Assembly: GCA_947084925.1 (NCBI GenBank)
Contig: CAMTUJ010000016.1
Coordinates: 3,226 to 67,225 of the forward strand
Direction of reading: 5' to 3'
DNA: 64,000 nt
DNA from: an uncultured Gammaproteobacteria bacterium
Lineage (GTDB): Bacteria; Pseudomonadota; Gammaproteobacteria; Pseudomonadales; Porticoccaceae
Part shown: positions 48,007-61,658 of the stretch, one piece after another
Numbering within the stretch: the first letter of the stretch is position 1
Layout: each line of letters begins with the position of its first letter
Translations under genes and position numbers: made by a program
Notes under the pieces: model-generated
Told to the model about the DNA's origin: nothing
The model's input: the letters and a program-made list of their open reading frames with translations, nothing else
Databases searched by the model: none

Positions 48007-49034
48007 GGCAACAATGCCGGCGCGTCGAGCCCCAGGGTTTCGGGCAGGCCGAACAGGATGTTCATGTTTTGCACGGCCTGCCCGGAGGCTCCCTTGACCA
48101 GATTGTCTTCCACCACCATCACCACCACCTTGCGACGGTTCTGGGGACGCTGTACCGCGATGCGCACATAGTTGGAGCCGCGCACGCTGCGCGTCTGGGG
48201 ATATTCACCCGCTGGCAGCACATCGACAAAAGGCTCATCCCGATAGCGCTGTTCGTAAAGCGCCTGGAGATCGATATCCGGCTCGATGAGCGTGGCATAG
48301 AGCGTCGAATGGATACCGCGAATGATCGGCAGCAGGTGCGGGACGAAGGTGAGCGCCACCTCGCCCCCGGCAATGTCGGCGAGGCCCTGCTCGATCTCCG
48401 GCAGGTGCCGATGCCCGCTGACGCCATAGGCCTTGAAGCTGTCGCCGGCCTCGGCGAGCAGATTGGGGATGCTCGCCTGACGCCCGGCGCCGCTCACCCC
48501 GGACGCCGCACTGGCGATGAGATCGCCGGTGTCCACGCGCCCGGTCTCCAGCAGTGGCAGAAAGCCCAGCAGCACGCTGGTGGGATAGCAGCCCGGGCAG
48601 GCGATCAGGCGCGCCCCGCGAATGCGCGCGCGGTTGAATTCCGGCAGGCCGTAGACGGCTTCTTGCACGAGCTCCGGGCAGCCGTGGGGCTGTCCGTACC
48701 AGCGCTCCCAGAGCGGCACCGAGCGGATGCGGAAATCCGCGGAAAGATCGATGATTTTGACGCCGCGCTCCAGCAGCGCCGGCACCGACGCCTGGGCGAC
48801 GCCGTGGGGAGTGGCGAAAAACACCAGATCGCAACCGGCTAGGCGCTCCACGTCGGGTTCGGAAAACGCCAGCTCCAGATGACCCCGCAGATTGGGGAAG
48901 ATGTCGGCCACCGCCCGGCCGGCTTCCTGGCGCGACGTGATGGCCGCGATCTCGACCTCGGGATGCAGCACCAGCAGCCGCAGCAATTCGACCCCGGTGT
49001 ACCCGGTTCCGCCGACAATTCCCACTTTAATCAT
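48003..49034 (-). CDS. argC: N-acetyl-gamma-glutamyl-phosphate reductase
   Basis: [21 protein letters not shown]..., active site ACPGCYPTS, and ...[16 protein letters not shown]. The start was moved to the ATG at 49034. Confidence 0.9.
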   Translation of the reverse strand: MIKVGIVGGTGYTGVELLRLLVLHPEVEIAAITSRQEAGRAVADIFPNLRGHLELAFSEPDVERLAGCDLVFFATPHGVAQASVPALLERGVKIIDLSADFRIRSVPLWERWYGQPHGCPELVQEAVYGLPEFNRARIRGARLIACPGCYPTSVLLGFLPLLETGRVDTGDLIASAASGVSGAGRQASIPNLLAEAGDSFKAYGVSGHRHLPEIEQGLADIAGGEVALTFVPHLLPIIRGIHSTLYATLIEPDIDLQALYEQRYRDEPFVDVLPAGEYPQTRSVRGSNYVRIAVQRPQNRRKVVVMVVEDNLVKGASGQAVQNMNILFGLPETLGLDAPALLP

Positions 49035-49166
49035 GGTGTTAGGCCACTCCAACACATTGCGCGAGCGGGCCATGATACTCCACCAGCCGGCCCGGCCGCC
49101 CTGACGCCAACCCCAACCTCGACCAAACTCCGGTACCATGTGCCTTTGCCCGCGCCGAGGTTGCCG

Positions 49167-49592
49167 ATGCCCGCGGAATGGATCGAAGCCCTGCATATCA
49201 TCAGCGTGGTGTGCTGGTTTGCCGCGCTGTTTTATCTGCCCCGCCTGTTCGTCTACCACGCCATGGCGGAGGACCGGATCAGCATCGAGCGCTTCAAGAT
49301 CATGGAGCGGAAACTCTCGCGCGGGATCGCCACGCCCGCGATGCTCGCGGCGCTGACCTTCGGCATCTGGCTGGCGAGTCTGGCGCCCGACTACTTGCAC
49401 CAGGGCTGGTTCCTCGCCAAGGTGACGCTGGTGACCCTGCTGGTGATCTACCACCATGCCTGCCTGTATCTGCTGCGCCAGTTTCGCCATGACCGCAATA
49501 CCCGCAGCCATGTCTTTTACCGCTGGTTCAACGAGATACCGGTACTTTTCCTGATTGCCATCGTGATTCTGGTGGTGGTGCGGCCCTTCTGA
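49167..49592 (+). CDS. hemJ: Protoporphyrinogen oxidase HemJ (UPF0093 membrane protein)
   Basis: [28 protein letters not shown]...; 141 aa with 4 TM helices. Confidence 0.8.
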   Translation: MPAEWIEALHIISVVCWFAALFYLPRLFVYHAMAEDRISIERFKIMERKLSRGIATPAMLAALTFGIWLASLAPDYLHQGWFLAKVTLVTLLVIYHHACLYLLRQFRHDRNTRSHVFYRWFNEIPVLFLIAIVILVVVRPF

Positions 49593-49672
49593 CCCCGCGG
49601 ACTTCGCGCGCGCAATTGGCCGTGCGAAGTCCGATCCACCATAATTCCGGCTCCCACTGCCGCGGAACCGCC

Positions 49673-50956
49673 ATGACCCGCTCCGAGGACTGTTTCGCCG
49701 CCGCTCAACGCCACATTCCGGGTGGCGTCAACTCGCCGGTGCGCGCATTTCGGGCGGTGGGCGGCACCCCGGTATTTTTCGCGCGCGCCGCAGGCCCGCG
49801 GCTCTACGACGTCGACGGCAACGGCTACCTCGACTATGTGCAGTCCTGGGGCCCCATGATCCTCGGCCACGGCCACCCCGATGTGCTCGCCGCCATTCGT
49901 GCCCAACTCGAGCGCGGACTCACCTTCGGCGCGCCCACCGAGCTGGAAACCCGAATGGCGGACAGTCTGTGCGCGCGCGTTCCCGGGCTCGACCTGGTGC
50001 GCATGGTCAACTCGGGCACCGAGGCCACCATGAGCGCGATCCGCCTCGCGCGCGCCGCCACCGGCCGCGACCGCATTCTCAAGTTCGAGGGTTGCTACCA
50101 CGGCCATGGGGACTCGCTGCTGGTCAAGGCCGGCTCCGGCGCCCTGACCCTGGGCGTGCCCAGCTCGCCCGGGGTGCCGGCGGCGCTGGCGGCCCTCACC
50201 CTCACCCTCGACTACAACGACAGTGCCCAGGTGGAAGACGTGTTTGCCCGCGAAGGCGACACCATCGCGGGCATCATCGTCGAGCCGGTGGCGGGCAACA
50301 TGAACTGCGTGCCGCCCGAGCCGGGGTTTCTGGAAACCCTGCGCCGGGTCTGCGACCGCCACGGTGCCGTGCTGATCTTCGACGAAGTGATGACCGGGTT
50401 TCGCGTCGGCCCCCGGGGCGCGGCCGGACGTTACGGCATCGCCCCGGACCTGATCACACTGGGCAAGGTGATCGGCGGCGGCATGCCGGTGGGCGCCTTC
50501 GGCGGGCGCGCCGACCTGATGACCCGGCTGGCCCCGCTCGGCCCGGTCTATCAGGCCGGCACCTTGTCCGGCAACCCGGTCGCCATGGCGGCCGGGCTCG
50601 CGACGCTGGCGGCACTCGATGAGCCCGGCTTTTACGACCGGCTGTTCGCGCGCACCCGCGATCTCGCCGACGGTTTGCGCAACCGCGCCGCCGCCGCCGG
50701 GATCGCCATGACCACCAACAGCGTCGGCTCCATGTTCGGCTGCTTTTTCACCGCCGCGCCCGCGGTCACCAATTTCCGCCAGGTGATGGCCTGCGACACC
50801 GAGCGTTTCAACCGCTTCTTTCACGGCATGCTGAAACGCGGGATCTATCTGGCGCCCGCCGCCTATGAGGCCGGTTTCGTGTCCGGAGCCCACGGCGCCG
50901 CCGATATCGAGCAGACGCTGGATGCCGCCAGCGCCGTGTTCCACGAGGATTTTTGA
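49673..50956 (+). CDS. hemL: Glutamate-1-semialdehyde 2,1-aminomutase
   Basis: [24 protein letters not shown]...[10 protein letters not shown]...[20 protein letters not shown]. Confidence 0.9.
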   Translation: MTRSEDCFAAAQRHIPGGVNSPVRAFRAVGGTPVFFARAAGPRLYDVDGNGYLDYVQSWGPMILGHGHPDVLAAIRAQLERGLTFGAPTELETRMADSLCARVPGLDLVRMVNSGTEATMSAIRLARAATGRDRILKFEGCYHGHGDSLLVKAGSGALTLGVPSSPGVPAALAALTLTLDYNDSAQVEDVFAREGDTIAGIIVEPVAGNMNCVPPEPGFLETLRRVCDRHGAVLIFDEVMTGFRVGPRGAAGRYGIAPDLITLGKVIGGGMPVGAFGGRADLMTRLAPLGPVYQAGTLSGNPVAMAAGLATLAALDEPGFYDRLFARTRDLADGLRNRAAAAGIAMTTNSVGSMFGCFFTAAPAVTNFRQVMACDTERFNRFFHGMLKRGIYLAPAAYEAGFVSGAHGAADIEQTLDAASAVFHEDF

Positions 50957-50959
50957 ATC

Positions 50960-53631
<2,672 letters not shown>

Positions 53632-53670
53632 CGCTTTCGCGACGTTCCTGGACTGCGCCAACGCCCGGAC

Positions 53671-54174
53671 TCAGGAACCCGCATCCCGCAACAGGGTTTC
53701 CAGCCCCTGCCGAACCTCGCTGCCCCCGGCGCTCAGGGCAAGGCCTTTCAAGGCAAACTGGCGCGCCTCGGCGGCCTGGCCGCGCGCCAGGTGCGCACGG
53801 CCGAGCACCAGATAAACTTCCGGCGCGCGCGGATCCAGCCGCTGCGCCCGCTCGCCCAGCGCGATGGCGGCATCATGGCGACCCGCCCGCGCTTCACTGT
53901 TGGCCTGCAGGAGCAGCGCGGAAACCGCATCCGGCGCCACGGGCGGCGGTATCACCCGGGGCGGTGGCGGCATCACCGGACGGGGTGCCGGCCGCACTTC
54001 GGGAACAGGCGCGGGTTTGGCCGGCGGCGGCAGGGCAGGACCGGTTTTCGGGGGCGCCGGGACAACGACCGGCGCCGGCGGCTGGGACGACATGGGCGCG
54101 CAGGCCGCCAGCACCAGCAAGGCGCCCAGGCCACCCAGCAGCTTCAGATTCCGCGCCGCGCCGCGCCGCGCCAT
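53671..54174 (-). CDS. Lipoprotein with proline-rich linker and TPR-like C-terminal domain, LpoP-like (putative PBP1B activator)
   Basis: MARRGAARNLKLLGGLGALLVLAAC has a lipobox. A linker of about 55 aa is P/A/V-rich. TPR-like helices follow (ALLLQANSEARAGRHDAAIALGERAQRLDPRAPEVYLVLGRAHLARGQAAEA). It lies immediately downstream of mrcB. Confidence 0.55.
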   Translation of the reverse strand: MARRGAARNLKLLGGLGALLVLAACAPMSSQPPAPVVVPAPPKTGPALPPPAKPAPVPEVRPAPRPVMPPPPRVIPPPVAPDAVSALLLQANSEARAGRHDAAIALGERAQRLDPRAPEVYLVLGRAHLARGQAAEARQFALKGLALSAGGSEVRQGLETLLRDAGS

Positions 54175-54230
54175 CGGTGCCGCGTGCCCCGTTGTATCCC
54201 TGTGTGACAGGGCACTTGTGCCAATGCCCA

Positions 54231-56555
54231 TCAGTCGATCCCCAGCCAGCCGCGCACCCGGTCCAGTACCTGCCCGGGCACCCCGCCGAGGCAGCCGCGA
54301 CCCTCCGGCTCGGAGCCGCTGATGTAGGGCAGCAGCCGGGCATTGGCGCAACCTTCGCCGCTTCCCGCGCCGGTGCCGGGATCGTACCAGGCATGGGTGA
54401 CTCCCTCCGGGTCGGCCTCGGGCAACGGGCGATTGTCGAGCCCGGCCATGATGGCACTCCACACCCGCAGCGCCCCGGAAGCGCCGGACAAGGGCATCGG
54501 ACTGTTGTCGTCGCGCCCCAGCCACACCACCACCAGGTGGTTGCCGCTGAACCCCGCAAACCAACTGTCGCGTTGATCGTTTGACGTGCCCGTCTTGCCC
54601 GCCACCTTCAGGCCGGCCGGCAACTGCCGGTAGGCGTTGGCGCCGGTGCCCTCGGTCATCACCTGACGCAAGGCGTAGTGCAGCAAATGCATCGGTTCCG
54701 CCGCAAAGCGCTGCTCGACGGCGAACGGGTACCGGCTGAGGATTTCCCGATCCGCACCGCTGACCGAGGCGATGGCCCGCAGGTCGGTGTGAAAACCATC
54801 GGCGGCGATCGTGTGATACATGCCGGCGAGCTCGAAGGGCGTCATCGAAATCCCGCCCAACAGCAGCGCCGGCACCTTGAGCAGCGGACCTTCGTAACCC
54901 AGCCGCCGCACCACATCGGCGACGCGATCGACACCCACTTCAAGACCCAGCCGCGCCGTGGCCTGGTTGTAGGAGCGACTCAGGGCAACGTAGATCGGCA
55001 CCGGCCCGTGGCTCCTGTGATCGAAATTCTCGGGACTCCACGGCTTGCCCCCGGAGACAATCGAGAGCGGCGCGTCATCCACCAAGGTTCCCAGGGTGTA
55101 GCGTCCGGGCTGCTCCAGGGCGGCCAGATAGACGGCGGGCTTGGCGGTCGAGCCGATGGTGCGGCGGGCGTCGAGGGCGCGATTGAAACCGACCACCTGG
55201 CCCGAGCGACTGCCGGCGAGCGCGAGCACTTCACCGGTACCGACGCCCACCACCACCGCCGCCGCCTGGATCTGTCCGGGCGTCAGCTTGCGCTCCGCTT
55301 CGATGCGCCGGAGCGTATCGGCAATGGCGGTTTCCACCTGGCGCTGCGCCTGGGGATCGAAGTAGGTGAAGATGCGCAGCCCGTTCGCGGTCAGATCGCT
55401 GGCGTTGTAGTCCTCCTGCAGGCGGCGGCGCACCAGGTCCATGTAATCCGGGTATTGATTGATGACGCCCGGGGCCTCCGCCACATCCAGGGGCTGCCGG
55501 GCGGCGATGCGCGCGCGCTCGGCGTCGATAACACCTTCTTCCGCCAGTTGCGCCAGCACCAGATTGCGCCGCGCCAGCGCCCGCTCCGGCTGGCGGCGCG
55601 GGTTGTAATAGGACGCGCCCTTGGCAAGCGCCACCAGCAATGCCACCTGGTGCAGATCGAGCTCCGCCAGCGGCTGGCGAAAATAAAACTCGCTCGCCAG
55701 ACCGAAGCCATGAATGGCCCGATCCCCGGCCTGGCCCAGATGAATCTCGTTGAGATAAGCCTCGAGGATCTCCTGCTTGCTGTAGTGCAGTTCGAGCAAC
55801 ACTGCCATCACCGCTTCCATGGCCTTGCGGACCAGGGTGCGGTTCTGGGAGAGGTAGAGGTTTTTCACCAGCTGCTGGGTGAGGGTGCTGCCGCCCTGGG
55901 CGATACCGCCGGCGCGCAGATTGGCCCAGGTGGCGCGCAGGATGGCACGCGGGGAGACGCCGTGGTGGCTGTAGAAATCCCGGTCCTCGGTCGCGATCAG
56001 GGCGTCGGCCAGATAGGGCGGCAACTCCGCGAGCCGCAACAGCACGCGATCCTCGGCATGCTCCGGATAGATGCCGCCGATCCGCACGGGCTCCAGGCGC
56101 AGCAGCGGCAACGCGGCGCCGCTGCTGTCGCCGATGGCGGCGATTCCCGTGGCGTCGAGGCTCACGCGCGCGCGTTGCGCCGGCTGTTCGCCATCCGGAA
56201 AACGAAAGGCGCGCACATGGATGTCGAGGGTATTGCCGCTGATTGTGAACTGCCCCGGGTGCTCCGCTTGCGCCGCCTTGCGATAGCCGAGTCCGTCCAG
56301 CTCGCGCAGCAGCGCCGCGCGCGCCAGGGGCTGACCCGCGTACAACTCCAGCGGACGCCCGTAGACATGCGCCGGCAACGCCCATTTGGCGCCGGAAAAC
56401 TTTGCCTTCACCATGGTGTCGAGCGCGATGACGCCGAGCCCGATGGCGATCAGCACGGGCAACAGCAACGCGCCGAGCACGACCCGGACCACCGCCCACC
56501 GACCGCGGCGCGGCGACCTCCGGGTGCGCGATTTGCGTTGCCGCCTGCGTGCCAC
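54231..56555 (-). CDS. mrcB: Penicillin-binding protein 1B (bifunctional glycosyltransferase/transpeptidase)
   Basis: N-terminal TM helix, GT51 motifs (ATEDRDFYSHHGV, GGSTLTQQLVKN, RKAMEAVMAVLLE) and transpeptidase motifs (STAKP, KTGTS). Confidence 0.9.
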   Translation of the reverse strand: MARRRQRKSRTRRSPRRGRWAVVRVVLGALLLPVLIAIGLGVIALDTMVKAKFSGAKWALPAHVYGRPLELYAGQPLARAALLRELDGLGYRKAAQAEHPGQFTISGNTLDIHVRAFRFPDGEQPAQRARVSLDATGIAAIGDSSGAALPLLRLEPVRIGGIYPEHAEDRVLLRLAELPPYLADALIATEDRDFYSHHGVSPRAILRATWANLRAGGIAQGGSTLTQQLVKNLYLSQNRTLVRKAMEAVMAVLLELHYSKQEILEAYLNEIHLGQAGDRAIHGFGLASEFYFRQPLAELDLHQVALLVALAKGASYYNPRRQPERALARRNLVLAQLAEEGVIDAERARIAARQPLDVAEAPGVINQYPDYMDLVRRRLQEDYNASDLTANGLRIFTYFDPQAQRQVETAIADTLRRIEAERKLTPGQIQAAAVVVGVGTGEVLALAGSRSGQVVGFNRALDARRTIGSTAKPAVYLAALEQPGRYTLGTLVDDAPLSIVSGGKPWSPENFDHRSHGPVPIYVALSRSYNQATARLGLEVGVDRVADVVRRLGYEGPLLKVPALLLGGISMTPFELAGMYHTIAADGFHTDLRAIASVSGADREILSRYPFAVEQRFAAEPMHLLHYALRQVMTEGTGANAYRQLPAGLKVAGKTGTSNDQRDSWFAGFSGNHLVVVWLGRDDNSPMPLSGASGALRVWSAIMAGLDNRPLPEADPEGVTHAWYDPGTGAGSGEGCANARLLPYISGSEPEGRGCLGGVPGQVLDRVRGWLGID

Positions 56556-56672
56556 TGGCGCCTCCCGAATACAGGTTGTGTGAAGACAGGCTCTGTCTCA
56601 GGCCCGCCGGTCACTTGGTCCGCGGGCGCGGGCGTGGATAATAGCCGCTTTGACCGACCGGGCTCCACGATC

Positions 56673-57683
56673 ATGCAGCGTTTCGACGTTTACGGCCTGG
56701 GCGCCGCCCTGGTGGATACCGAATTGCGGGTTACCGACGCCGAACTCGACGCCCACGGGATCGAGAAAGGGATCATGACCCTGGTCGACGAACCGCGCCA
56801 AAACCAGTTGCTGACGGTATTCGGCGATCATCTGACCCTGGCACGCCGGGCGAGCGGCGGCTCGGGCGCCAACACCGTGATCGCGGTGAGCTGCTTCGGT
56901 GGTCGCGGTTACTACTCGTGCCGGGTCGCCGACGACGATAACGGTCATTTTTATCTGCACGACCTGGCCACGGCGGGAGTGACGCACAACGGCGTCACCG
57001 GACTCCCGGCGGGCACCACCGGCAAATGCCTGGTGCTGATCACGCCGGATGCCGAACGCACGATGAATACTTTTCTGGGGATCAGCGAATCGCTGGCGCC
57101 GGAAAACCTCGATCCGGAAGCGCTCGCCGCCGCCACCTATCTCTACATCGAAGGGTACCTGGCCACCTCGCCCAGTGGCCGCGCCGCCGCCATCCGCGCC
57201 CGCGAACTGGCCCGGCAGCATGGCACCCGGGTCGCGCTCAGCCTGTCCGACCCCGGCATCGTGGCGCATTTCCGGGACGAACTCCGCGCCATGGCCGGCG
57301 GGCGCGTGGATCTGCTGTTCTGCAACGGGGACGAAGCCCGCGGCTGGACCGGCGCGGACGATGTGGAAACCGCCGCGGAGCGGCTCCAGGCCGATGCCGA
57401 GTCCTTTGCCATCACCCTCGGCGCGCGCGGCGCCCTGGTGTTCGACGGCCGCCAACTACACCGGATCCCGGCCACCCCGGCGAGCGCCGTCGATACCAAC
57501 GGCGCGGGCGACATGTTTGCGGGAGCGTTTCTTTACGGACTCACCCAGGGCTTCGATCACGTCGCCGCGGGGCGCTTTGCCAATCTCGCCGCCGCCGCGG
57601 TGGTAGCCCAGTACGGACCGCGGCTGGCCCCGGAGCAGCACGCCGGCCTGGTGCGGCAGTTCCTCGCCACTACTTCTGGCTAG
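56673..57683 (+). CDS. PfkB-family carbohydrate/nucleoside kinase (adenosine-kinase-like)
   Basis: MQRFDVYGLGAALVDTE...SGGSGANT...DTNGAGDMFAGAFLYG. Only the last third of the 1001-aa track ORF is taken as real. Confidence 0.8.
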   Translation: MQRFDVYGLGAALVDTELRVTDAELDAHGIEKGIMTLVDEPRQNQLLTVFGDHLTLARRASGGSGANTVIAVSCFGGRGYYSCRVADDDNGHFYLHDLATAGVTHNGVTGLPAGTTGKCLVLITPDAERTMNTFLGISESLAPENLDPEALAAATYLYIEGYLATSPSGRAAAIRARELARQHGTRVALSLSDPGIVAHFRDELRAMAGGRVDLLFCNGDEARGWTGADDVETAAERLQADAESFAITLGARGALVFDGRQLHRIPATPASAVDTNGAGDMFAGAFLYGLTQGFDHVAAGRFANLAAAAVVAQYGPRLAPEQHAGLVRQFLATTSG

Positions 57684-57798
57684 GGCCGGTCAACACGATC
57701 CGCGCGGCCGCGACGGAGGCGCTTTTGTTGAGCGCCAGGCGGCAACGACAGCGCAATCGCCGTGGGCTCGGCTGCGTGGGCCGTTTTTCAGCGGTCGG

Positions 57799-58893
57799 TC
57801 AGGGCCGATGCGGCCGCGCCAGATACTCGTGGGACTGCATTTCCAGCAGCCGGCTGCGGGTGCGCTCGAATTCGAACGCGAGGCGGGTGCCGGTGTAGAG
57901 TTCGGCCAGCGGTACGGCGGCGGCGAGCGCGAGTTTGACGTTGCGATCGTAAAACTCGTCCACCAGACTGATGAAGCGGCGCGCCTGATCGTCCTGCGCG
58001 CCGGTCAACGCCGGCATCGCGCCGATCAGCACGGCGTGAAACTCGCGCGCCAGCTCGATGTAATCGTTCTGGCTGCGGGGGCCGTCGCAGAGGGCCGCGA
58101 AGTCGAACCAGGCGACATCCTCGGCCACATAGCGGGCGATGATCTCGCGTCCTTCCACGTCCAGATGCACATGCTTGCGCACTTTATCCTGGGACGGCGC
58201 GAGACTGCGGAACACCGCCATCAGGTGCGCGTCGGCAGCTGGCCCCAGCGGACAGTAATAGAGTCCCGCCTGGGTGAGGGTACGCAGCCGATAGTCGACA
58301 CCGCCATCGACATTGAGCACCTCGCAGTGGCGCTTGACGAGGGCGATGGCGGGCAAAAAGCGCGCGCGCTGGAGTCCGTTTTCATACAGCCGGTCGGGCG
58401 CGATATTGGAAGTCGCAATCAGCGTGACGCCGCACGCGAACAGCTCTTCCAGCAAGGTGCCGAGAATCATGGCGTCGGCAATATCGGACACGAAGAATTC
58501 GTCGAAGCACAGTACCCGCGCGTCGTGGGCGATGCCCCGCGCCACCAGGCGCAGCGGGTCTTTGCGGCCCTTGAAGCGCTTCAGGTCGCGGTGCACGCGC
58601 AACATGAAACGGTGGAAATGCATACGCAACTTGTCTTGAAACGGCAGGCTCTCGAAAAAGCTGTCCATGAGATAGGTCTTGCCGCGCCCCACCCCGCCCC
58701 AGAGGTACAAGCCGTTCACCGGCGCGCCCCGGCGATTGCGCAGCAGTCGATCGAACAGGCTGACGGGCTGGCGACGGGCCGCCACCAGCCGGTCATGGAC
58801 TTCCTGGAGTTTCGCCACGGCGAATTCCTGCGCGGCATCCGACTGGAAACCGTCGCGCTGGAGATCCTGCAGGTAGCGTTGCTTGGGCGTCAT
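57799..58893 (-). CDS. zapE: Cell division protein ZapE (AFG1-like ATPase)
   Basis: YLWGGVGRGKTYLMDSFF is Walker A, LCFDEFFVSDI is Walker B, and ...ATSNIAPDRLY is present. Confidence 0.85.
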   Translation of the reverse strand: MTPKQRYLQDLQRDGFQSDAAQEFAVAKLQEVHDRLVAARRQPVSLFDRLLRNRRGAPVNGLYLWGGVGRGKTYLMDSFFESLPFQDKLRMHFHRFMLRVHRDLKRFKGRKDPLRLVARGIAHDARVLCFDEFFVSDIADAMILGTLLEELFACGVTLIATSNIAPDRLYENGLQRARFLPAIALVKRHCEVLNVDGGVDYRLRTLTQAGLYYCPLGPAADAHLMAVFRSLAPSQDKVRKHVHLDVEGREIIARYVAEDVAWFDFAALCDGPRSQNDYIELAREFHAVLIGAMPALTGAQDDQARRFISLVDEFYDRNVKLALAAAVPLAELYTGTRLAFEFERTRSRLLEMQSHEYLARPHRP

Positions 58894-58958
58894 GGCGATC
58901 CGGGAAGATTGACGTGAAGACTAAAGGCGCGCCACTGTAGCCAGCCGGCCGCGACGCT

Positions 58959-59618
58959 TCAAGAAGGGTCGGCACTCAGGACCGCACTCACCGCCGCGCC
59001 CAGTTCGCGTTCGAGCGCCACCAGTTGGCCGTGGAAAAAATGGCTCGCCTCCGGCAGCACGATGACGTCCGTTACCCGGGGCCGTTGGCGCGCCCAGGCG
59101 GCCGCTGCGTCCGCCGCAACAAGCTCATCGACACCACCGAGAACAATGGTGGTGGGACAGCTGAAATCGCCGCCCGGCGCATAGGGATACCGATCCACCG
59201 GCGGCGCCACCAGTGCCAGATGCCGGGCCGCGACCCGCTCGCTGGCGGCGGCGGCGATCGCCGAACCGAAGGAATACCCGGCCAGCAGCAGTGCGGACTC
59301 GGGTGCGCGGGCCTGCGCCCAGCGAACCACCGCGAGCATGTCCTCGACTTCCCCGCGCCCCTGGTCGTGGCTGCCGGCGCTGGCACCCACACCGCGAAAA
59401 TTGAACCGCACCGCAGCCACGCCCAGGCGCCGGTACATGCGGGCCAGCGTGGTGACCACCTTGTTGTCCATGGCGCCGCCGTAGAGCGGATGCGGGTGGG
59501 CAATGACGGCGACCAGCGGCTGTGGCCACTGCCCGCGCCCGGACTCCGCGTTTTCCCAACAGGCCTCGATGATCCCCGCCGGACCCGGCAGTTGCTGTAG
59601 CTCGTCGCGCTGCGCCAT
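58959..59618 (-). CDS. Alpha/beta-fold hydrolase (small, YqiA/dienelactone-hydrolase-like)
   Basis: VIAHPHPLYGGAMDNKVV...FNFRGVGAS.G..., nucleophile elbow GYSFGS, and a late HFFHG. The start was moved to the ATG at 59618. Confidence 0.65.
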   Translation of the reverse strand: MAQRDELQQLPGPAGIIEACWENAESGRGQWPQPLVAVIAHPHPLYGGAMDNKVVTTLARMYRRLGVAAVRFNFRGVGASAGSHDQGRGEVEDMLAVVRWAQARAPESALLLAGYSFGSAIAAAASERVAARHLALVAPPVDRYPYAPGGDFSCPTTIVLGGVDELVAADAAAAWARQRPRVTDVIVLPEASHFFHGQLVALERELGAAVSAVLSADPS

Positions 59619-59786
59619 GCTGTCACCCTCTGTTGTACCGGCACATATTGAGCGTCGCACAAGCGCTTGGCGGTCGGGTGGCGAGCGCCATTCAACCCCC
59701 GCCATCACGCCGACATCGACGCGCCCCGGTGCAATCGCTAGACTTTGCCTTTCGGTAACGACGCGCCGACAGTCCCCGGAGGCTCC

Positions 59787-60260
59787 ATGACGACCAACGC
59801 CATTCTCATTACCGTGGTCGGCTTTCTCGCCGGCCTGCTGGCGGGCGTGGCCCTCGGCCGGAATCTTGCCCGGCGCGCAGGCCGCCGCGATCGGCTGGCG
59901 GATCAGTTGCGCGCCCGCGAGGAAAAACTGCAAATCTACGAACGCCAGGTCGAGGAGCATTTCAGTCGCGCCGCCGCGCTGGCCGACGAGCTGGGGCGCG
60001 CGTGGCAGGATCTGCAACACCATCTGGCCGGCGGCGCCGATCAACTGGCAAGTACCGAACTCGCGCGCCGGTTCGCCGCCCCGGGCACCGCGCGCTCATC
60101 CGGCGCCGATACGCAGCCGCCACGGGACTACGCGCCGAGCCAGAGCCTGTTGCGCGGCAATCCCAAGGCCGTTGCGGAGCAACCGGGCAAGGCTTACACC
60201 GGGACCATCGCGCCCCTGCAAAGGGTCACTGACGACGACCCCACGCTGAAGGTCGGTTGA
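59787..60260 (+). CDS. YhcB/ZapG-like (DUF1043) membrane-anchored coiled-coil protein
   Basis: The N-terminal TM helix AILITVVGFLAGLLAGVALG is followed by LADQLRAREEKLQIYERQVEEHFSRAAALADEL. Its location near zapE and a degS-like gene resembles the E. coli yhcM-yhcB-degQ-degS region. Confidence 0.6.
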   Translation: MTTNAILITVVGFLAGLLAGVALGRNLARRAGRRDRLADQLRAREEKLQIYERQVEEHFSRAAALADELGRAWQDLQHHLAGGADQLASTELARRFAAPGTARSSGADTQPPRDYAPSQSLLRGNPKAVAEQPGKAYTGTIAPLQRVTDDDPTLKVG

Positions 60261-60288
60261 AGCCGGCTTGAAGATCCGCTGACACTGC

Positions 60289-60310
60289 GTCGGCCCGGCG
60301 TCGGGCCGAC
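60289..60310. terminator. GC-rich hairpin between convergent genes (possible bidirectional terminator, no U-tract)
   Basis: GTCGGCCCG-gcgt-CGGGCCGAC is a perfect 9-bp stem. Confidence 0.4.
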
Positions 60311-60320
60311 CGGAGCCCCA

Positions 60321-61538
60321 TCAGCGAGCGGAGTGCCCCTTGAGCTCTACCTCCACCCGATCTTCCGCTTCCAGCGCGGCGTAATAGCGCCGCAGCACCT
60401 CGAGCACTTCGGGGCGCGAAAACTGGGGATCCACCTCGCCACCCTCCGACAGCGCCTTGCGCAACTTGGTGCCGGATACCAGCACGCGCTGCGCCGCGTC
60501 ATGGGGACAGGTGCGCTCCGAGGCCATGGTGCCGCAGGCATGGCACCAGAAGGTCCAGTCGATCTTGAGCGGCTTGGTCAGCAGCGCATCCGCGGGAATC
60601 GCGTCGAAGATGTGGTGGGCGTCGAAGGGGCCGTAGTAATCGCCGACGCCCGCGTGGTCGCGCCCGACGATCAGATGCGAGCAGCCGTAGTTCTGCCGGA
60701 ACAGCGCATGCAGCAGCGCCTCGCGCGGGCCGGCATAGCGCATGTCGAGGGGGTAGCCGGACTGCACCACGGTATTGGCGACGAAATACTTGTCGAGCAG
60801 CACCCCGATGGCTTCCTGGCGCACCTCGGCGGGAATATCGCCGGGCTTGAGTTTGCCCAGCAGCGAGTGCACCAGCACGCCATCGCAGATCTCGATGGCG
60901 ATCTTGGCCAGGTATTCGTGGGAGCGGTGCATCGGATTGCGGGTCTGGAACGCCGCCACGGTCGACCAGCCCTTGCTGGCGAACAATGCGCGCGTCTCGG
61001 CGGGGGTCATGTAGATATCCGGATACTTGCCCGGAAATTCGCCCTGCGAGAACACCTGCACCGGACCGGCCAGATTGATGTCGCCCTGCTCCAGCACCAG
61101 TTTCACACCGGGATGGGCGGGATCGGTGGTGCGGAATACCTGGCGGCATTCGTGCGCCTTGTCGATGCGGTATTTTTCGGTCACGCGCAGGGTGCCCATC
61201 AGCTCGCCGCTTTCGCCGTCCACCAGCGCCACTTCGGCGCCGATGGCGAGGCCATCCGCGGTGCCGACGTCCGTGGACAGGGTGATCGGGATGGGCCAGA
61301 ACAGGCCGTTGGCGAGCCGCATGTCATCGCAGGCGCCGCGCCAGTCGGCCTCGCCCATGAAGCCATCGAGGGGTGTGAAACCGCCGATGCCCAGCATGAT
61401 CAGGTCGCCTACCTCGCGCGATGCCAGGCGCACCTGGGGCAATCCAGCCGCGCGCGCGCGCGCCTCCGCCAGAGCCTTGCCCTCGAGCAACAGGATCTTG
61501 AGCGCGTCGGCGCCATGCGGTTTTACCAGTCCGGTCAT
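60321..61538 (-). CDS. sat: Sulfate adenylyltransferase (homo-oligomeric ATP sulfurylase)
   Basis: LSTDV...[15 protein letters not shown]...[15 protein letters not shown]...[17 protein letters not shown]. The start was moved to the ATG at 61538. Confidence 0.85.
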   Translation of the reverse strand: MTGLVKPHGADALKILLLEGKALAEARARAAGLPQVRLASREVGDLIMLGIGGFTPLDGFMGEADWRGACDDMRLANGLFWPIPITLSTDVGTADGLAIGAEVALVDGESGELMGTLRVTEKYRIDKAHECRQVFRTTDPAHPGVKLVLEQGDINLAGPVQVFSQGEFPGKYPDIYMTPAETRALFASKGWSTVAAFQTRNPMHRSHEYLAKIAIEICDGVLVHSLLGKLKPGDIPAEVRQEAIGVLLDKYFVANTVVQSGYPLDMRYAGPREALLHALFRQNYGCSHLIVGRDHAGVGDYYGPFDAHHIFDAIPADALLTKPLKIDWTFWCHACGTMASERTCPHDAAQRVLVSGTKLRKALSEGGEVDPQFSRPEVLEVLRRYYAALEAEDRVEVELKGHSAR

Positions 61539-61658
61539 GCGGGTACTCCAGGTTTCGGGCGCGATTCGCGCCAAGAGAAAAAACAACGCCCCCGACGACC
61601 GCGGGGGCACCATGACATAATACCGCCCCCGCACGGGCAGGAAAACGAGTCGCAACCG

